Origin: Klebsormidium nitens
Lineage: Eukaryota; Plantae; Klebsormidiophyceae
Reading direction: 5' to 3'
Length of the DNA: 64,000 nt
NCBI GenBank assembly: GCA_000708835.1
Contig: DF236953.1
Span: forward strand, 296,990-360,989
Shown here: piece after piece, positions 32,903 through 46,882 of the stretch
Layout: each line of letters begins with the position of its first letter
Position numbering within the stretch: position 1 is the first letter of the stretch
Made by a program: the position numbers and the translations under genes
The notes under the pieces: model-generated
Seen by the model: only the letters and a program-made list of their open reading frames with translations
Databases searched by the model: none
What the model was told of the DNA's origin: nothing

Positions 32903-35900
32903 TCACACTACGTAACCGGCCTCTTTACATGCATTTCGTGCCGCGTGTATCTCTCCTTTGAGCTTTCGAGGGTGATTCGTCACAATCGCCGCAACTCCGA
33001 TGTCTAGCAGATTACGCATTATCCCTCCTTCATTGACAGTCCACGTGTATATTTCCTTGCTGTGCCTGCAAAAGGAGGACAGAAGGAGGAAAGATATTGT
33101 CAAGCAACAAATTTCACCGCTCTTGTCAACTTCAAAACGATGACTGCTCTTCACATGGAGGCAAGATGGCTGGTTACACATCTTCGAGACTCGGGCTTCA
33201 CTTGAGCCTTTACAGTGGCAAAAAGCATCTGAGATGACATGTAGAGTAACTCCTTCCTCAAAGTGCTTTAAGAACACTTTTGAATCCCCGTATCCAACCC
33301 TTGCAAGGGAAGAAAAACAGCCTTGATTTCATGACCGGTCATTGTCTACGCTTAGGAGTCACTACAAGATCCATGAGAGCAGAAAGGCCCCTTCCAACGG
33401 CAGCAGACCAGTTCGAGCGCTTTGTACAAACATGGTGGATGCAACTTTCAGGAGCCTTCGGAATCGCACTCCCTCCGAGATGTCATTCCCCACGAACAAC
33501 CCGATCCTCCCCCAATCAAAAATCTCACATCAGGCACCTGCGCGGAATCTACGGCACATACAGCTGTCTCCGTCCATCTTGCCACCGGGTTTCCAAGTTC
33601 ATGCAGACTTCCTGATCTTGGACCGTCCGATTGGCAATGGAACTGTATCCGACGGCTTACAATGGGGGACCAGACATTGGAAATTGATACTGGGGTGGCG
33701 AGTTGACGTGAAGAGCTGAACCTTTGCGCTAGTTTCACCAGCGTTTCATCGACGACCGCCCAGTGGGCCCCGACAACCTGCATTCCCGCGTGCCTCACAA
33801 AGCTCTCCTCCCTCCGGTTGGGATGGGTCTCGTTGTTTAGGATATACCCGACCTGTGCCGACGGTCAGAAGTTAGAGGCGACTTGCAGTCATCGAAGACC
33901 ACTTCTAGTCCAACACGGGGAGCGGGTGTCTCCAGGCATCTTGAATCTTCGACAGTCATCAGAGCCCACTTGCGACTGACGGTGATATGAAACTAAGCAT
34001 TGAGTTCGACCCGTGAGTAGAGAAGCGTCTCGAGTCCCGTGCCCACCCTTATGTAGGGACGTCCAGGATTCAAAAAGGCAAACCGCCCGCCGACCACGCC
34101 CTTAGAAAGGTCAAAATCTCACCAAGGGTGACATTGGCCCTATCTCCTGGTCCAGAAGGGTCGTTGCGGGGATTTGGTGACCCCCCTTTGTCAAGCGTTG
34201 CTTTGGGGGGGTTCGTAAACCGAGTGCGGCTAAGTTCGGTCCAAAGCGAGCAGTAGGACTCGAGAAAGAATGACAAAAGTTCTGGCTTGAGACTTCATTC
34301 GAGTCCATGAAATTCTCAAAACATTCTTCTGAGACTGTGCGCCCACAGCCGGTGTCAATTGTCTGAGTGTGCATCCAAGACGTCTGCGAAAACGGTCTCA
34401 GGTCTTTGATTGTTGATGATGCTTTAGAAGCCCTGCCCGACACACACAGCAGGAGAAGCAAGGAGCAGCACGGGTCTCAAGGGATAAGCACCTTTCGCAA
34501 GGGTTCCAACGCTTGCACCGCGAGGGGGAGCGTGTCGTACTTGGCCCACACGAGGCAGTTGGTGCAGCCCGCCCTGTTCATCTGTGAAGAGAAGCGTAGT
34601 GAATGGTTGAGAAAGTGAACTTCCATGGAAAAAAAAGGAGAAGAAGGGTAGATCTCCTGCGGACGGTTTGGTGCAGCCAGCCGTGTTAATATGCGAAGAC
34701 AGACGTAGTGATTGTTTGAATAAGTGGAGTCCCATAGAAGAGCAGAAAAGGCGAAGCGTGGATCTCCTGCAAACGGAAACCAGTTGTCACATCAAGGGAG
34801 ACTTGGCGGAAAGGAGAAGACACGGACCTTCTGCCCACGCTTTGCAGCGACCTGCAGTACGTCACCGTTCTCGCATGTGCGCGAGTAGAGATCGCTGACC
34901 ACAATCAACGACATCTTCCGCCGTGTCAATAAGATTAAAACCTTAAATTCCAAGAAAGCATTGTAAGTCAGTGGTGAAAAGGTGCCTTTCGCAGGCCTGG
35001 AGGGCACAGCACTGTCAAACTGATGCTTTTCTCTCGACTTGTGACGCATCAGGAACAGATCAGGAAGGGCCGGACAACTGATCCCCACATATGCGCCCAT
35101 CCCTGACATCTTCCGAGAAGCCCTCCGTCTCAAGCGGACAACACTGACAAGACTGACAGCGCCTCCAATTCCCAATACTGATGTTCCACGCAAGACCGAG
35201 ATGATCGCTCCGTACATACATCCCGTCGACCGTTGGACCCTAAACCCCAAGCGGACGACAGAACGACTTGGAGAGGGCTCGAGAACTCCAAGAGTGATGC
35301 ACCGCACAGAGTTGACGAGATTGCTCACCACATCCACGACGTCTTGCGCCAGGCCTTCCTCTCCACGTGGCGGCCCGATCTTGACGTCCACCACAATCTG
35401 AACCAAGTGCTTCGACACTAGCTGCAGGAACAAAAGCGGAACGCCTTGACCACTACCAGCGCAGCGCGTCTTATCACTAGATTAAAGAGGTAATAAGACA
35501 CTATTAGCTGCAAGACAAATTAAAATCACCGTCAGTACAGGCGTCAAAATCGCAAGAGCATCGAACAATGAGGCTCCCGTTGTGCATCGATGCTAGCTGC
35601 AGGTCAAAAGCGGAACGCCGTTGGGAATCCTTAGCACAGCGCATCGGAGATCAAGAATATCGAGTATCCGACCTTTTTTGTTCCCGAGAGAGCTTCGAAC
35701 CTTTTGCATGCTTGGTTGTCAAAGCTCCCAGATCTAGTTGCAGTCTTTCGTTCATAATCAAGCGAACAGAGTCTGACCACTTTAAGGATCTTAGGATCCT
35801 CGAGATCTCAATGCGTGACGCTGGTAGAATTCGAGAGTAGTTGTCCGAAGCCAAATCCGTGGCTTGTGACCTTCAGTTGCACGATGATGTGATTCATAAC

Positions 35901-38273
35901 GGGCAAAGGAAACCTTGCTCTCACCGGCAGACCAACACTCAGAGGCAATACCGAGACTCACCCAAAAATTTACGGGCTACATTCAACCTTGTCCAATTCT
36001 TCAAAGGCTGCATTCGGAACTCACTCGACAAGTCGCAGGTACATTGAGACTCATCAGATGATTCACAGGCTACATTCAGACTCACCGAGGGCTGTAATTT
36101 ACCCGCAGAGCGTCTTCCAGAAGCAGCACCTTCTCCCCATGGAACGAGCGGGGATGCCGCGCTCCGGCGTCAAGCTGCCGGATCTGCAGCCAACGAGCGG
36201 GATAGTTGGTCTCACTCAGTAGGGCCGTCAAAGTAGATCTTAAACTTCTGGAAGGGCGGCGTGACTATTGCCGGCCTTTTTCGTCGGTTTCTATATCTCC
36301 AGTGCATTTCTGTTACGTCGGCAGTCCCTAACCTTTTCCTATAGGTCAGGTTGTGGCCCCCAAGATGAACTTAATGTTAATCGTCGTTAGCAGGAATATG
36401 GCTTTCTATCTTAGGCCTCCGACTGTGGCTCGTTTCATAGAGACTGTACTTCACTCTCGACCAGAGCTGCAAGTGGGAATTTCCTCTCACACTTATTCTT
36501 CTGCAGAAGAACAGATTAAAACTTCCCTTCGCCCCTAGTTGCTTATGCAAAATCGATGTTTTAGACGATAAAGGTCTACCTTTTGAGCCTCCCTTCAATG
36601 ATTCAAGGGGCCAAAATCAAAGACGAGGACCCATAACTGCTATATAAAAACTCAACTCGCCAAGTCCAGTTGGGCGGCATCCTGCTGAGACACGGCGTTG
36701 GTTCTGCCAATAGAGCTGGGATTACGCTACTGTGGGAAGGGAGAGGTCTGTATGACCAACCTCTTCCAATGTCAAGTCCCCAGTTGTTACGTATTTGCGG
36801 CCAGTAATCAGCTGCAGGTCCCTGTGCAAGCACAAAGTCACTTTCAAGAAATGAGATCGAAAACTCAGAATGGAGAATGTTGACCTCTTACGGTCTCTTG
36901 TAACCACTTTGACTGGATCGCTCCTATCTGTGGAGTTGCGTCAACATAGTTTTGTGTCTAACAATATATAATCTGAGGGTTCCATGAATCACCCTCAGTG
37001 AAGCCAGCTGCATTAACCTCTGCTCGGGGGGAAGATTCCTGGCACTGGAAATATTCATTTCTGAGCGGCCTGATTGTCCAAACTCGATCCAAAATAAACT
37101 TACCGGTCATGTATGGCAACCAGCATCCCATCAGCTGTTCTGGATGCGTCAATCTCCATGCAATCAACCTTCGCCTCAAGTGCCAACATGTATGCGGCGT
37201 GCTGAAGAAGCAAGAAGGGGGCCACATATCAACGTCAAGACGACAATACATCGAAAGCCCAAACAATGTCTGGGGTGAAGTTTTCTCTGTTTCAAAAGCG
37301 CCTGTGGTCAAAGGGACAGCTCCTGTGGCTCTGATTCGGACGGAACTATACAATGAGACCCTCGCTCACAGTGGATTCTAAGGGAACCTTCAGAACTGCT
37401 TTGGAAAGACACATGTTCAACTCCAGATGTGAAAATCCAGGCTGTGAAGTGAGTCAGTTATTGAAGAACATTCAACTGAGTTCATCAGGTATTTCACTTC
37501 ATGCTGCCACACAAACGGGGGCATTCTGACGGCCTGCCGCATCTGTGCAAACCAGTGGAGGCCTTTGTGTCGACTGTCCACCTCCACAAGACAGATCCCG
37601 CAATCTCTGAGCAGGTTACACACACATAGGAACAGGCGTTTGATTCACAAAGCTCACAGTATTTGGTGGAGCGGCGGAAGTGTCTCCTCCATGAGCACAG
37701 ACGAGCGGGGGGGAGAGTATCTTCTGACAGGTGGTCAGGGAAACAGTCTGCAGAGAGGCAGAGCATGCCCATGCGCACATTTCAGTGAGTGGTCTTTCAA
37801 CTGTCAGTTATGCTCCCTTGTAATTGCCTCTTGTTTGCCTTCTTTGCAAACTGTACCTCAAAAAACCTTCGTTTTGGGACAAGTATTGGGCAGACATGAT
37901 GGTTTAACCAAGTAGGTATCGCACTGTCAACGCAGATTTGGAGTTTTATTCTAGAACCCAGAAGCAAGTCTTCGTGCAATCTCAATGGGAGACAGAAGGA
38001 TGTATGATGAAAGCATAAGTACGCCCAGTTGCCACAGTTCAGAGTCACCTGAGCATGCGCACAATCATAGAACATGAGCAACAGCCTTACTCTGGGGTTG
38101 CTTCCGGGTCCCCCCAGGCGCACCATCAACAGGACAATGGGTGCCAGCGCCAACAAAGAAATGAGCACCAATAGCCCCGCCAAACTGGGTGTCCAGCGCT
38201 TCCATAGGGGAAGATGGGATCCGCGCCGGCCGTGGCTCGGCGTGCCGCCCGGGCGAGCATATGTTGTGTGCAT
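32903..38273 (-). CDS. GDPD4: Glycerophosphodiester phosphodiesterase, GDPD4-like with an N-terminal membrane anchor. Exons approx.: 38273-38091, a small uncertain exon near 38047-38025, 37723-37659, 37201-37104, 36821-36739, 36183-36103, 35422-35330, 34581-34493, 33852-33722, 33065-32903
   Basis: PPLVCAHGGDTSAAPPNT, DCMEIDASRTADGMLVAIHDR|DLQ, VVDVKIGPP, CTNCLVWAKYD, VGYIL, VVGAHWAVVDE and IYTWTVNEGGIMRNLLDIGVAAIVTNHP are collinear with plant GDPD4-type proteins. Confidence 0.9.
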
Positions 38274-39132
38274 TGGATTCTGAAGCAGCTCACTGGCTTC
38301 TCCTAAGATGCGGGAGCAGATGCGGAGGTCAGAAGCTGCTGGGAATTGATGTCACTGATGATGCCAAGCGGCGACAGTCAAACTTCAACTCACCGCCCTG
38401 ATTGTGCTTGCAGAATACCGTATTTTGTAGCAGTGTATCCCTTTTACAGACACTCTTCACGCTGCAACATGCCACCAAGAGCATGCGCGCGCTGCAAAAC
38501 ATGCAGGGCCGCCCCGGCGGACAGGTCTGCCCGCGCGCGGCCGGGCCGCGGGCAGCGTGACAGCGCCTCAATTATGGATGCGCAGTCCGACAGTGGGCCA
38601 GGGTTTAACGAGGACCTCAAACTTCAAAGGGCGGCCGGCCGCGAACCACCGCATGATCGACATGCCTCGCGGTGAAAACGAGCTATAGCTGGCCAAATGG
38701 CAAGCCTGTCGCACACCAACTGAATTCTCAAACAAGAAAGTATGAAGCCGGCGGTACAGCGAGTTTGAACGATCTGAAATCAAGCTTCCGGCCTCAAAAA
38801 GTTGACAATGGGCAAAGTATCATACTCCAGCCTAAGCACCATGGCATCATGCTGCTCGCTCGCTGCCGGCTACAACTTATATAGCAGGCGGCTCATGCTG
38901 GCGTGGCGGCCCTGACGTATGGTGCGACGTATGTCAGAAACATGCGGTGACCTTGCAACATATCTCGCCATGCCTTAGCCGAAGCCGTCAATGCATCTCA
39001 GGTTGCATCTGATCTCCAGAATCCATCTATCTTCGTTCACTCCAATCCAGATTGGCATGCGACTCTCGGAAGCTGGTTATCATTTGCCCGCATTGAACAC
39101 GTTCAAAGACGTGTTGCGATGTCTCCCTTTCA

Positions 39133-42100
39133 CTATGCCGCCTGCAAGTGCAAGGCTTTCGGTCGGACAAAAGATCGCAGGCCGTCCAACCCTAGAGTGC
39201 TCCCTACTCCCGAGCTTTTCCGACCGGACCTGCAAACAGGGCAACTCGTTAAAACAGCGGGGCCATGCTGCCAGAGTTGTGGCTTCCGTACTTGTACAAA
39301 TTTCATAGATCTTCTTTGGCTGATCTGAAAGCGTACGCTGAAGAAAGGCTGATCGAGATCGAGTCGGAGCCGAAGCATATCTGACGGGGCCCGCTTGAAT
39401 CCGGAGCAAGCGGCTGCTGTCGTGTTTACTCTGGAGACGCGCCTGTAATCGAGTAGCCCGGAAACGATTGCTGCTTCGTTCCTCTCCGTCGCCTCTTACT
39501 TCACACCATACCATTAGAAGCGATGAAGACAGAAGGATTTGGCATGAAGGAAAGGTCCTGCCCGCCTTCAATGTTGATAACTTGGTCGAAACGCTCGGCA
39601 CGCAAGTGAAGGTGAGAACGATTTGACAATGGTCACGAAGCGGTCATAACTAAGTAAGCAGCCTGTCAATTTAAGGCCTCCATAGACGACTGTAGAACCG
39701 GTCTGAAATGGCAGAGCAAAAACTAGTGGAGCGGCTCACCATGGTAGCCGCGGCGAAACCCGGTCGCAGCAGTTCCAATACCCCGACCCAACGTTCAGTT
39801 CTGCACAAGAGGGAGGCGGTGCCCGGGAATCAAACCGAGGGGGCTGAAACATCTCCTTTTCACTCTACCGTTTGCTTACGCCTCTTTCACGGGGACAGCC
39901 GTAACAGACTAGAAGGTACGCCATCAACGCAGACCACAAAAGCTCTTCGCTGCGCTTTGAATGCGGTGCCGCGGCAGCATTACGATGGACAACGGTGAGA
40001 GAGAAGACGGACGCACGGGAAATACAATCAGAGGAGGGCGACCAGTACCTGCTAGAATGCGCTCGGCAGCGTCGCCGTCTTTGGTGTACACCCCGGCAGT
40101 CAGCCCGTACTTCGTGTCGTTCATCAGCGAGACGGCCTCGTCATCGCCCGAGACAGACTGTACAAAGAGCCGAAGACGTCAGAGTGCCGTTGGTGACTGG
40201 GACAACGCTCAAAGTGAGGGGACGTGACTGTGAGGTGAATTGAAGATTGGACGCCTTTAATACTTACTGTTCTAAAATGTCCGGGGATATCGTGTGCTCA
40301 TCTTGTCAAGCATTGGGGCCATCAGGACTTCAAAGTCGAATATTCTTCAAGCCTCGAAGGTAGGCGGAATGTTGATCCTCGTTTGAGAGTTTTTCAACTT
40401 CCTAAGCCAGAAAGTCAGCATTCAAGCCCCGGGCCTCTGCATTTTGACATCGCATTTCACCTTTCTGCGGATGGACTCTACTTAGTATCAATGGCCCCCA
40501 AACGCTAGAACGCCTATGGGAGCAAGCTTCGAGCGATTGAATGGGGATGACTTGATTTTGGTTGGATCGCGGTTTTGATCGATTTTTAACAGCGCATCGA
40601 ACGGCTCACCTGAATGCCTATCACCGGCCCGAACGTCTCCTCCCGCATCAGGCTCATCGTGTGGTCCACATTCTTCAGAACGACGGGCGGGAAGAAGTAG
40701 CCCCTTCTGCTGGTGAAGTCGGTGTGGCTCCCAAGCACGACGGGCGTCGCGCCTTTGGTTAATGCGTCTTCGACTTGAGCTTTCAGAAAGGCGACGTGGG
40801 GTTGCCGGGTGACTGGGCCCAGGTAGGTGCCGTCTGCCGTTGGATCGTCCATCTGGGGATGAACAGTTGAGTAGATGTTACTGAAGTGGCAAACTGCGGA
40901 TTCTGAAAGGAGGGACTGCGCGACTGTACTATATCCTTCGATTGTGCATTCCGATGTCCTTTCCGCAAGACTGCCAACATTTTCCGCCCCACCTTTAGTA
41001 GACATCTCACGGAAAAGGAGTGCGACACCTTGACTTCGGTAGCGACACCCTAACGAAAACTCCTTGTTAACGAATTCGAACTCAAATCATCTATATGGAG
41101 AAAATCCTGGCTTTGCGGTTTCACCTGGAGACTTGATTTTGAAAAGAGCCTGCAATTTGCTGTGCGTCAAAGTAACGTTTACGACCCTCCAAACCATCCC
41201 CACCTTGAAGGCTTCCACCGTTGCCGCAAAAGCGTCCACAAACTCGTCGTGTATGCTCGCGTGCACGTATATCCGCTCCACCGAACAGCAGCTCTGCCCG
41301 TTGTTGTAGAACGCGCCGTCCGCGATAGCCTCAGCAGCCTTTCGGACATCCACGTCGGGCCGAACGTACACGGGGTCTTTTCCTCCCAGCTCTAGTTGCA
41401 CCTGCGGCAAAAAAGGCGAAGAAGGATGAGAGTTTGCTAGCAATTACGGGATAAGCAAGCGAGACGGAAAGCGTTAGGCCCCAAGGGTTACACTCCGATT
41501 AACGAGGTGCAAGGTAGGTAAAGCGCACTGCAAAGCTCTGATCATCACTATCAAGCAGCGAATGGATGAGAGAGGATGAAACAGCGGGTTGGCTGTACTT
41601 GCAGATGTTTCGGAGCAAAAGAAACAAAAAGTTTGTCGATTGGAAACACCGAATAACCTCTTGCGAACCATAAGAACATATCCTAAGTAGTCAGGGCGCC
41701 AAGGACACCCATGAGGTCAGAAGCAGAACCAATTGATCTTCTCGGCTGGAACGGGGGGAAGACAGGATACAAACTTGTCTCAGGCTTGGTAATAAGCAGA
41801 AAAGGCTTTCCCCGACACAGAAACGACACATCAAATCATCCATTCGGTCCACATCACAACAATAGAACGGTACTGAGGTTTCGGCTCCAAGCGCTTGGAG
41901 AAACAAGGCCAGAATCATAGATGGCAAGAGAGGGCACGGAAGTACGGGAAGAGAGAGGGAAACGCCTCTTCACCGAGATACAAACAACGACGCCTTGGGC
42001 CCACAAAGAAACCACAGAGGAGACGGACTCACTTTGACCATGTTCGGTGCCGCCGCCGCCGCGATCTTCGCGCCCGTCGGATTTGAACCCGTGAAGAAGA

Positions 42101-45100
42101 CGCCTCCGAGACCGGGTAGAGATGCGACGGCCGCGCCTGTCGATCCGCGCCCCGTGACGGTGACAAATGCATCTTCCGGAACGCCTGCCTGGAGGGAAAG
42201 TTGAAGGAATTTCGTTAACGAGATCGATACAGCTAAGGTCTGAATCTTTGTGAGCAATGCGTCGGCGTGGCAAGCGGTCACAAACACTGATAACTAGAAT
42301 CTGAACAGCCAGGATCGGAGATGTCGACGGAGATGTGGACCTTGTCCACAAGCAAATGCGAGCTGTATCTCTTGAAAGTCGAACCAGGTTTTCTGGAGTC
42401 TACGAGTGAAGACCTTTGATCAAGGTGACAATCCTAAGAAACTTGCTTTTGCGCACCCACCTCGTGGAGCAGCTCTCCTATTGCAAGGCCAGTAAGCGTT
42501 GTATGCTCGCTCGGCTTGTAGAGCACGCTGTTCCCGGTAACTAGAGCGGCCGCGAAGACGTTTGCCGACGTGAAGTAGGGGTAGTTCCAGGCAGAGATAT
42601 TGGCGACCTGAAACGGAAAAGAAACGAGGGTGTAAGGTGCACAAAGATTCATAACGAAAGCCGTTTATGCACTGCAGCAGTGAGGTAAGGAAGGGAACAG
42701 AAGTCAAGGGGACAAATCAGATTTCGACTCCAAGGGCCATGTTGTAGAAAGAAATGGAAGCACATTCGGGAACGCGGCTCCATGAATTCCTGAAAGACGT
42801 CAGCAAAGGCAGGACTACTTTGCAGAAGCACCAGTCTGGGCTCACCACTCCGAGCGGTTCGTACGTGAGGCACTCGCGCACTTTGGCGCCCGCGCTTCCG
42901 AAAACGTCCTGCCTCTCTAGGACCTGCCCTGCAACACCGCGGCCGCTATTAATTGTGTGCGGTCGTGTGGTCAGCGCAAAACCATTCGGCTTTTCCACAG
43001 TAGTTGGCCTCAGGAGATTTAGGACTCGATATAGCAGCTTGGCACAGTCCATCAGTGTTGCCAGATTCCTGCGTTTTGCTATAATATGTTCCGCCTCAAA
43101 AGACAACCTCTAGTCTCCTGATATCCGTAGCCGACGAACTCTGTGCTCGACACCCTTCATTGATTGCACCGGCCCGATCGATGCCCGTTCAATTTTTCCG
43201 GCGGAAAGGGCAACTTTGGAATGGACAGATACTTAGCATATCTCGTTTGCGAAAGCGACACACAAAAATGACAACGGCTGACAACGATTGCTTGTCAGTG
43301 GTCTTCGAGAAGCCTCAGCTTATCGGTAAACAGTATCCTTTGGCCCACGTGGCCTCACCTGGGGCGCGTTGTCAATCAGATACTGTATCCTTAAGGGCGT
43401 GGCTCGGATCTCGTTTCGGGCCTGGCTCAGTGGCTTGCCCATCTCGGAGGTTAAGGTGGCCGCCAAAGAGTCCTGAGGAACAGAACGTAACGAAGTCAGC
43501 ACCGTGAGAGGTAACGAAAAAAGGTTAGGGGTGGCCGCCAGGAAGCGTGAGAACAGCTACGGGACGAAGTAACCACGACTTCAAGAAACGGAAAAAGGTT
43601 AGGAAACACAACAAAGTCAAAGAGAAGGGAGATCAGAGTGGTCCCCACAGAATCCTGAAGTTCGAAATATTTCGAAATCAGCCGAATCCGCAGCCGCATG
43701 TGAAGTGAACTCTCGCACCAGGTTTTCAAGAGCAATGCCGCCGGACCATGTGAAAGGTCGGAAAGACAGTACGTGCAGGTGTTTCACACCGTTTCTGATG
43801 TCTTGGGAATAGAAGGGTTTGAAAGAATCATAAATCTTGGATTCGTATGACATCTCGAAAACCCCGAAGCGTCATCAAATGTCATGCCTGAGACATCGTT
43901 TGGATAGGAGCATACTAATTCAGGACTCGTCCTCTTTGAGTACTCCTCCCAAAGGGCGCTGGCGCTTTCACAATTGTAAAGAAAGAAGCAGAGGAGGTCC
44001 TACTTTAGCCTGTCGCTATCCCCAAAATGATGCTCCTACTCCTGTTACGCCCCAATCACTCACAGCGCCTTCGCTCGGAAGTCACGAAGCACAATATAAA
44101 AATCATGCGCAGAAGATGATGCGGTCAGTAGCTTCAGTTTTGGCCATCAGGAGCACAGCAAACAAAAGTCAAAGACGCTGCAACTCACTGTGCGACTGAG
44201 AAGCAGCTTGTTGAATGTCCGGAGGGCTTCCTGCAGGCAAACAGTGATGAGGAAACGTGTGCAACTGGTTCAAAAAGCGGACGGAGTGGTTCCAACAAAT
44301 ACAAGCATTCAAGCTCGTAGCACGGACATGACGGACCGCTCCTTATGTTGGTAATTAGAATCTGAGATCTGGTCGCACGGGGTCTAATCTGCATCGACAT
44401 GCTGGTAAAATTGTTTGCAGAGCCAGCGTGATTACACCTCGAGGTGAGAAGGCCGTAAGTTTAACAGATTGGGGAAAGTCCTTTTTGTCTCTAGCTTGGT
44501 TTTGAGGTTGCCGATTGTACTAGAAGAGCGTTAAATCCTCGCTGCGACTGATGTGCATCCTGAATACGACACCCTAGAAGCTTCAACTCTCACCTGTCTC
44601 TCTTGCAGAGGCCCCTTCTTCCATTCCCTTTGGCCAGCTTGCGCTTGAGCAAATTTCTGAGCAACCTGGTTGTCAAAGAAAGACTTGTTACTATGATGTA
44701 AGCTTCGGCAAATTCGCACGGATTGAGGTAAGGTAGGCCGAAAGCCGGGGATCCTATGCAACCGGGAAATTTCAGAACCAAGACCAGACACCCAAGTCGT
44801 TGTCAATTGTCAACTGTCGATTGCCTGTCTTGGTGAGTAAACCAACGGGCCGGGCCAGATCCCCTGCCCTCTTTATCCACCAGATGATATTGAGACTTGA
44901 CGGTCCTTAGAGAAAGCTAGGAGGCTTTTATAAAAATCTCACGGTCCCCACAGGATGTAGATGAGCGACTGACTGGCTGCCATTGAACTCTTCCTTGTCC
45001 TTTCGAGATAGGAGCGATCACTTTAATCTGCTCCACTCACTTCCTCGGTTTGTATGATAGTGGAGCGCAGGCAAGCCGCCATGCGTTTATGTGAAACCAC

Positions 45101-45377
45101 GTACATGTCTGCCGTCCATAGAATCAAGATGCAAAATCAACCCAGAATTTGCAAGTAGCGTACTGGAGGTGCAAGGTCAACAGCTGCACGAGCTGTTCTC
45201 CAAAGACTTAGCTTACAGTTCTTAATTTGAAGGACTTGTTTGAAGGAAGGTAAAGAGGTCTCCTGGTCTTTGCATCGACAATTCTTCACCTGATCTTGAG
45301 AATCCTCTGGCAATGAAGTAATCAGCTTGCCAGTTGCGGGATTGAGGACATCAAATACTCCAGCCGCTGTTGAAGAC
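39133..45377 (-). CDS. Aldehyde dehydrogenase, probably ALDH23-like/bacterial-type family. Exons approx.: 45377-45290, 44666-44595, 44230-44189, 43470-43357, 42921-42844, 42607-42460, 42188-42033, 41401-41204, 40852-40610, 40157-40049, 39800-39740, 39229-39133; the upstream N-terminal exon(s) near 45500-45920 are unresolved
   Basis: VLNPATG, TSEMGKP, EPLGV|VANISAWNYP (catalytic Asn), KPSEHT, FTGSNPTG, LELGGKDP (catalytic Glu), YNNGQSCCSVERIYV (catalytic Cys), EETFGPV, NDTKYGLTAGVYT, CCDRVSPRLPW|SGRKSSG. Confidence 0.93.
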
Positions 45378-45843
45378 CTGGAATAAAAAAGTCAGAAGCA
45401 TCATGAGCACGGGGATTTGTGTACCAATCTCCTCTCTTATTCAGACAAGATTCCTTCACCTCATCAAGGAATGCAGCTGAACCAATCAGAAGAATGGAGA
45501 GGTGTCGATAGCTGTATAGACAGTCCTTCCTACAAGAGCTGCGGCTGATGATGAGGCACTGCAGATCCATACGACGGGCAAATATGAAAGATGGTAGTGA
45601 GACAGATTCCTCACATGTGCCTCCCAACATAAAGCCGCTCCAAAGGAAAGGTCTTCGAGAGAATTGCAAGGAGCGCAGGACTCCGGAACGTTCCTGCCAT
45701 AGCGCCCTGGTGATCCCTGCCGCATCTAAGTAATCAGGCAGGCCCAAAGACTGATGGAAGGAGGAGCTCAGAGTCTTTAAAGTTGGAGCTTGATTGCTGC
45801 AATGAAAATTGAAGGTCGTCGCCCGCCCGCCCAACAAAACGTG

Positions 45844-45890
45844 AAACCCTAATTTGACAAGCGATGCATAGATCCTGATCGAAACCCTAA
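45844..45890. promoter_or_regulatory. Pair of telo-box-like AAACCCTAA motifs in the divergent ALDH/MKP1 promoter region
   Basis: gaaaccctaattt occurs twice (45843 and 45881). The telo-box is a known plant promoter element; function here is inferred. Confidence 0.4.
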
Positions 45891-46882
45891 TTTTGAGGCA
45901 CACAAGCGCTTGTGCTACACACAAGTAGAGTACCTATGTCACTGCTTTTGTCAGCAAATTAACTAATAGGATATCGATGTTTATCCGATTATCGGGTTGA
46001 CCGTTGAACAGCGCGTCACTTTCGACATGCGAGACTTTATATGATCATCGGACGGTTCAGATCTGGAATGAAAATGTGGTATAATCATCTGACGGTCGAA
46101 CGATCCTCTTACGGTCGGTTAATTCTGGTATAAGAAGTTCATGCTTGGTCAACGACCCAAACCTGTTCTTGTACAAGCGGAAAGTTGTTCCCGGTAGAGC
46201 ATGTTCCAAGCAAGAAGAAGGAACTTGTGCAAGCTTTGGAAGTATAAAACGATAATTTGAAAGTTTGACACTTTGATAGAATGTCGGTCGGGACTTGCGT
46301 CCTTGGCCTGAATAGATTCTGCGAATTTATAACGCCATCAACAATGATGGCAAATCTGCATGCTCCTCTTATTCAGACCGAACAATTATGCTTCTGCAGC
46401 CAGAGAAGAATGGCGGTCAACGCATCATGGAGGAGGCATAATCTAGGACGAGCATAGGACCTGATAATTCAGGGGGCAAGGCAGGGCAAGGCGCTCCTAC
46501 GCATGTAGCCTTGTAGGTATCTGGGCAATGGCAGGAACAGTCAAAGTTGAACGCTGAGTTGAGGCAAACCAAGTCAGTTGGAAGGCGGGACAAGCCCAGG
46601 AGTTTGGGGCACTTGTAAGTTCTCCGATTGGCCGACAAAGTGGTAGCCGTCGTTGGAGTATCCCACTTCACAAAGAGGGAGTGGCAAAGAGGTTGAAGTT
46701 CTTGAGCAGATGTTGCAAGAGATCAATCTGTGAGCGCTTGATTTGGAGAGCCCTTCCCAAACTTACCCTAGTCGGGCTTTGCCGAAACTGATTTGTGAAG
46801 GCTTCACCCGAGGAACAAGCAAGTACAATAGTCAGGGCCCCGGTTCTGCAGAACTTCTTTAGGGTGAATAACAATCGAAGAT

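Noticed and set aside
45322-45924. 200-aa minus-strand ORF upstream of the ALDH core
   Set aside because: It runs across apparent intron sequence and is out of frame with the VLNPATG exon; only part may be a targeting-peptide exon, so it is not called as a separate gene.
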